In this document: one piece after another, positions 38,587 through 38,677 of the stretch
Layout of the letters: the number at the start of each line of letters is the position of its first letter
How positions within the stretch are numbered: position 1 is the stretch's first letter
Virus record (IMG/VR): IMGVR_UViG_3300045988_139913
From: a virus
Lineage: Duplodnaviria; Heunggongvirae; Uroviricota; Caudoviricetes
Direction: 5' to 3' (one strand)
DNA length: 38,677 bases
The notes under the pieces: model-generated
Told to the model about the DNA's origin: nothing
Databases searched by the model: none
The model's input: only the letters and a program-made list of their open reading frames with translations
Program-made: the position numbers and the translations under genes

Positions 38587-38677
38587 GCATTCGAGGATAT
38601 GAATCCGGTTGAAGGGCTGGACGAGATGCTGGTAAGCGTGAATGCTGCTAACCCGGCAGGAGATTTTAAGCCCCCAA
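38582..38677 (+). pseudogene. Portal gene of flanking phage, continuation 3' of the insertion (runs off window)
   Basis: After removing one TSD copy the frame continues ...NEAR-AFEDMNPVEGLDEMLVSVNAANPAGDFKPP. Confidence 0.6.

Noticed and set aside
1-38677. CRISPR arrays, tRNA or rRNA genes
   Set aside because: No regularly spaced direct repeats and no cloverleaf-like or rRNA-like conserved stretches were seen; the only structured repeats are phage ends, gix sites and operator/terminator dyads.

Overview
The window is almost entirely one complete Mu/D108-like transposable prophage (about 36,977 bp, nt 1605..38581), lying reverse-complemented so that the left end (attL, repressor c, ner, A, B) is at the right of the window and com-mom/attR at the left. 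It has TG...CA termini and a perfect 5-bp target-site duplication (CCCGC), and it is inserted inside the portal gene of a second, unrelated phage whose terminase/portal genes form the flanks (nt 1..1604 and 38582..38677). Gene order follows Mu: early operon (ner-A-B-kil region-gam-gemA-mor), middle operon ending in C, lysis cassette, terminase/portal/head genes, tail and baseplate genes, an invertible G segment with Gin, then com-mom. The immunity region (c, ner, Ner operator) is D108-type rather than Mu-type. Features that are not part of the canonical Mu layout as I recall it, and the best candidates for something undescribed, are an AT-rich moron encoding a secreted protein between mom and the right end, and an acidic ORF on the opposite strand inside the early operon. 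I found no tRNA, rRNA or CRISPR array. CDS coordinates come from the supplied ORF track, which shows M for GTG/TTG starts, so several starts were re-chosen; motif coordinates were read by eye and in places disagree with the ORF track by 1-3 nt, so treat them as +/-3 bp. All homology statements are from memory of Mu/D108 protein families; no database search was run.
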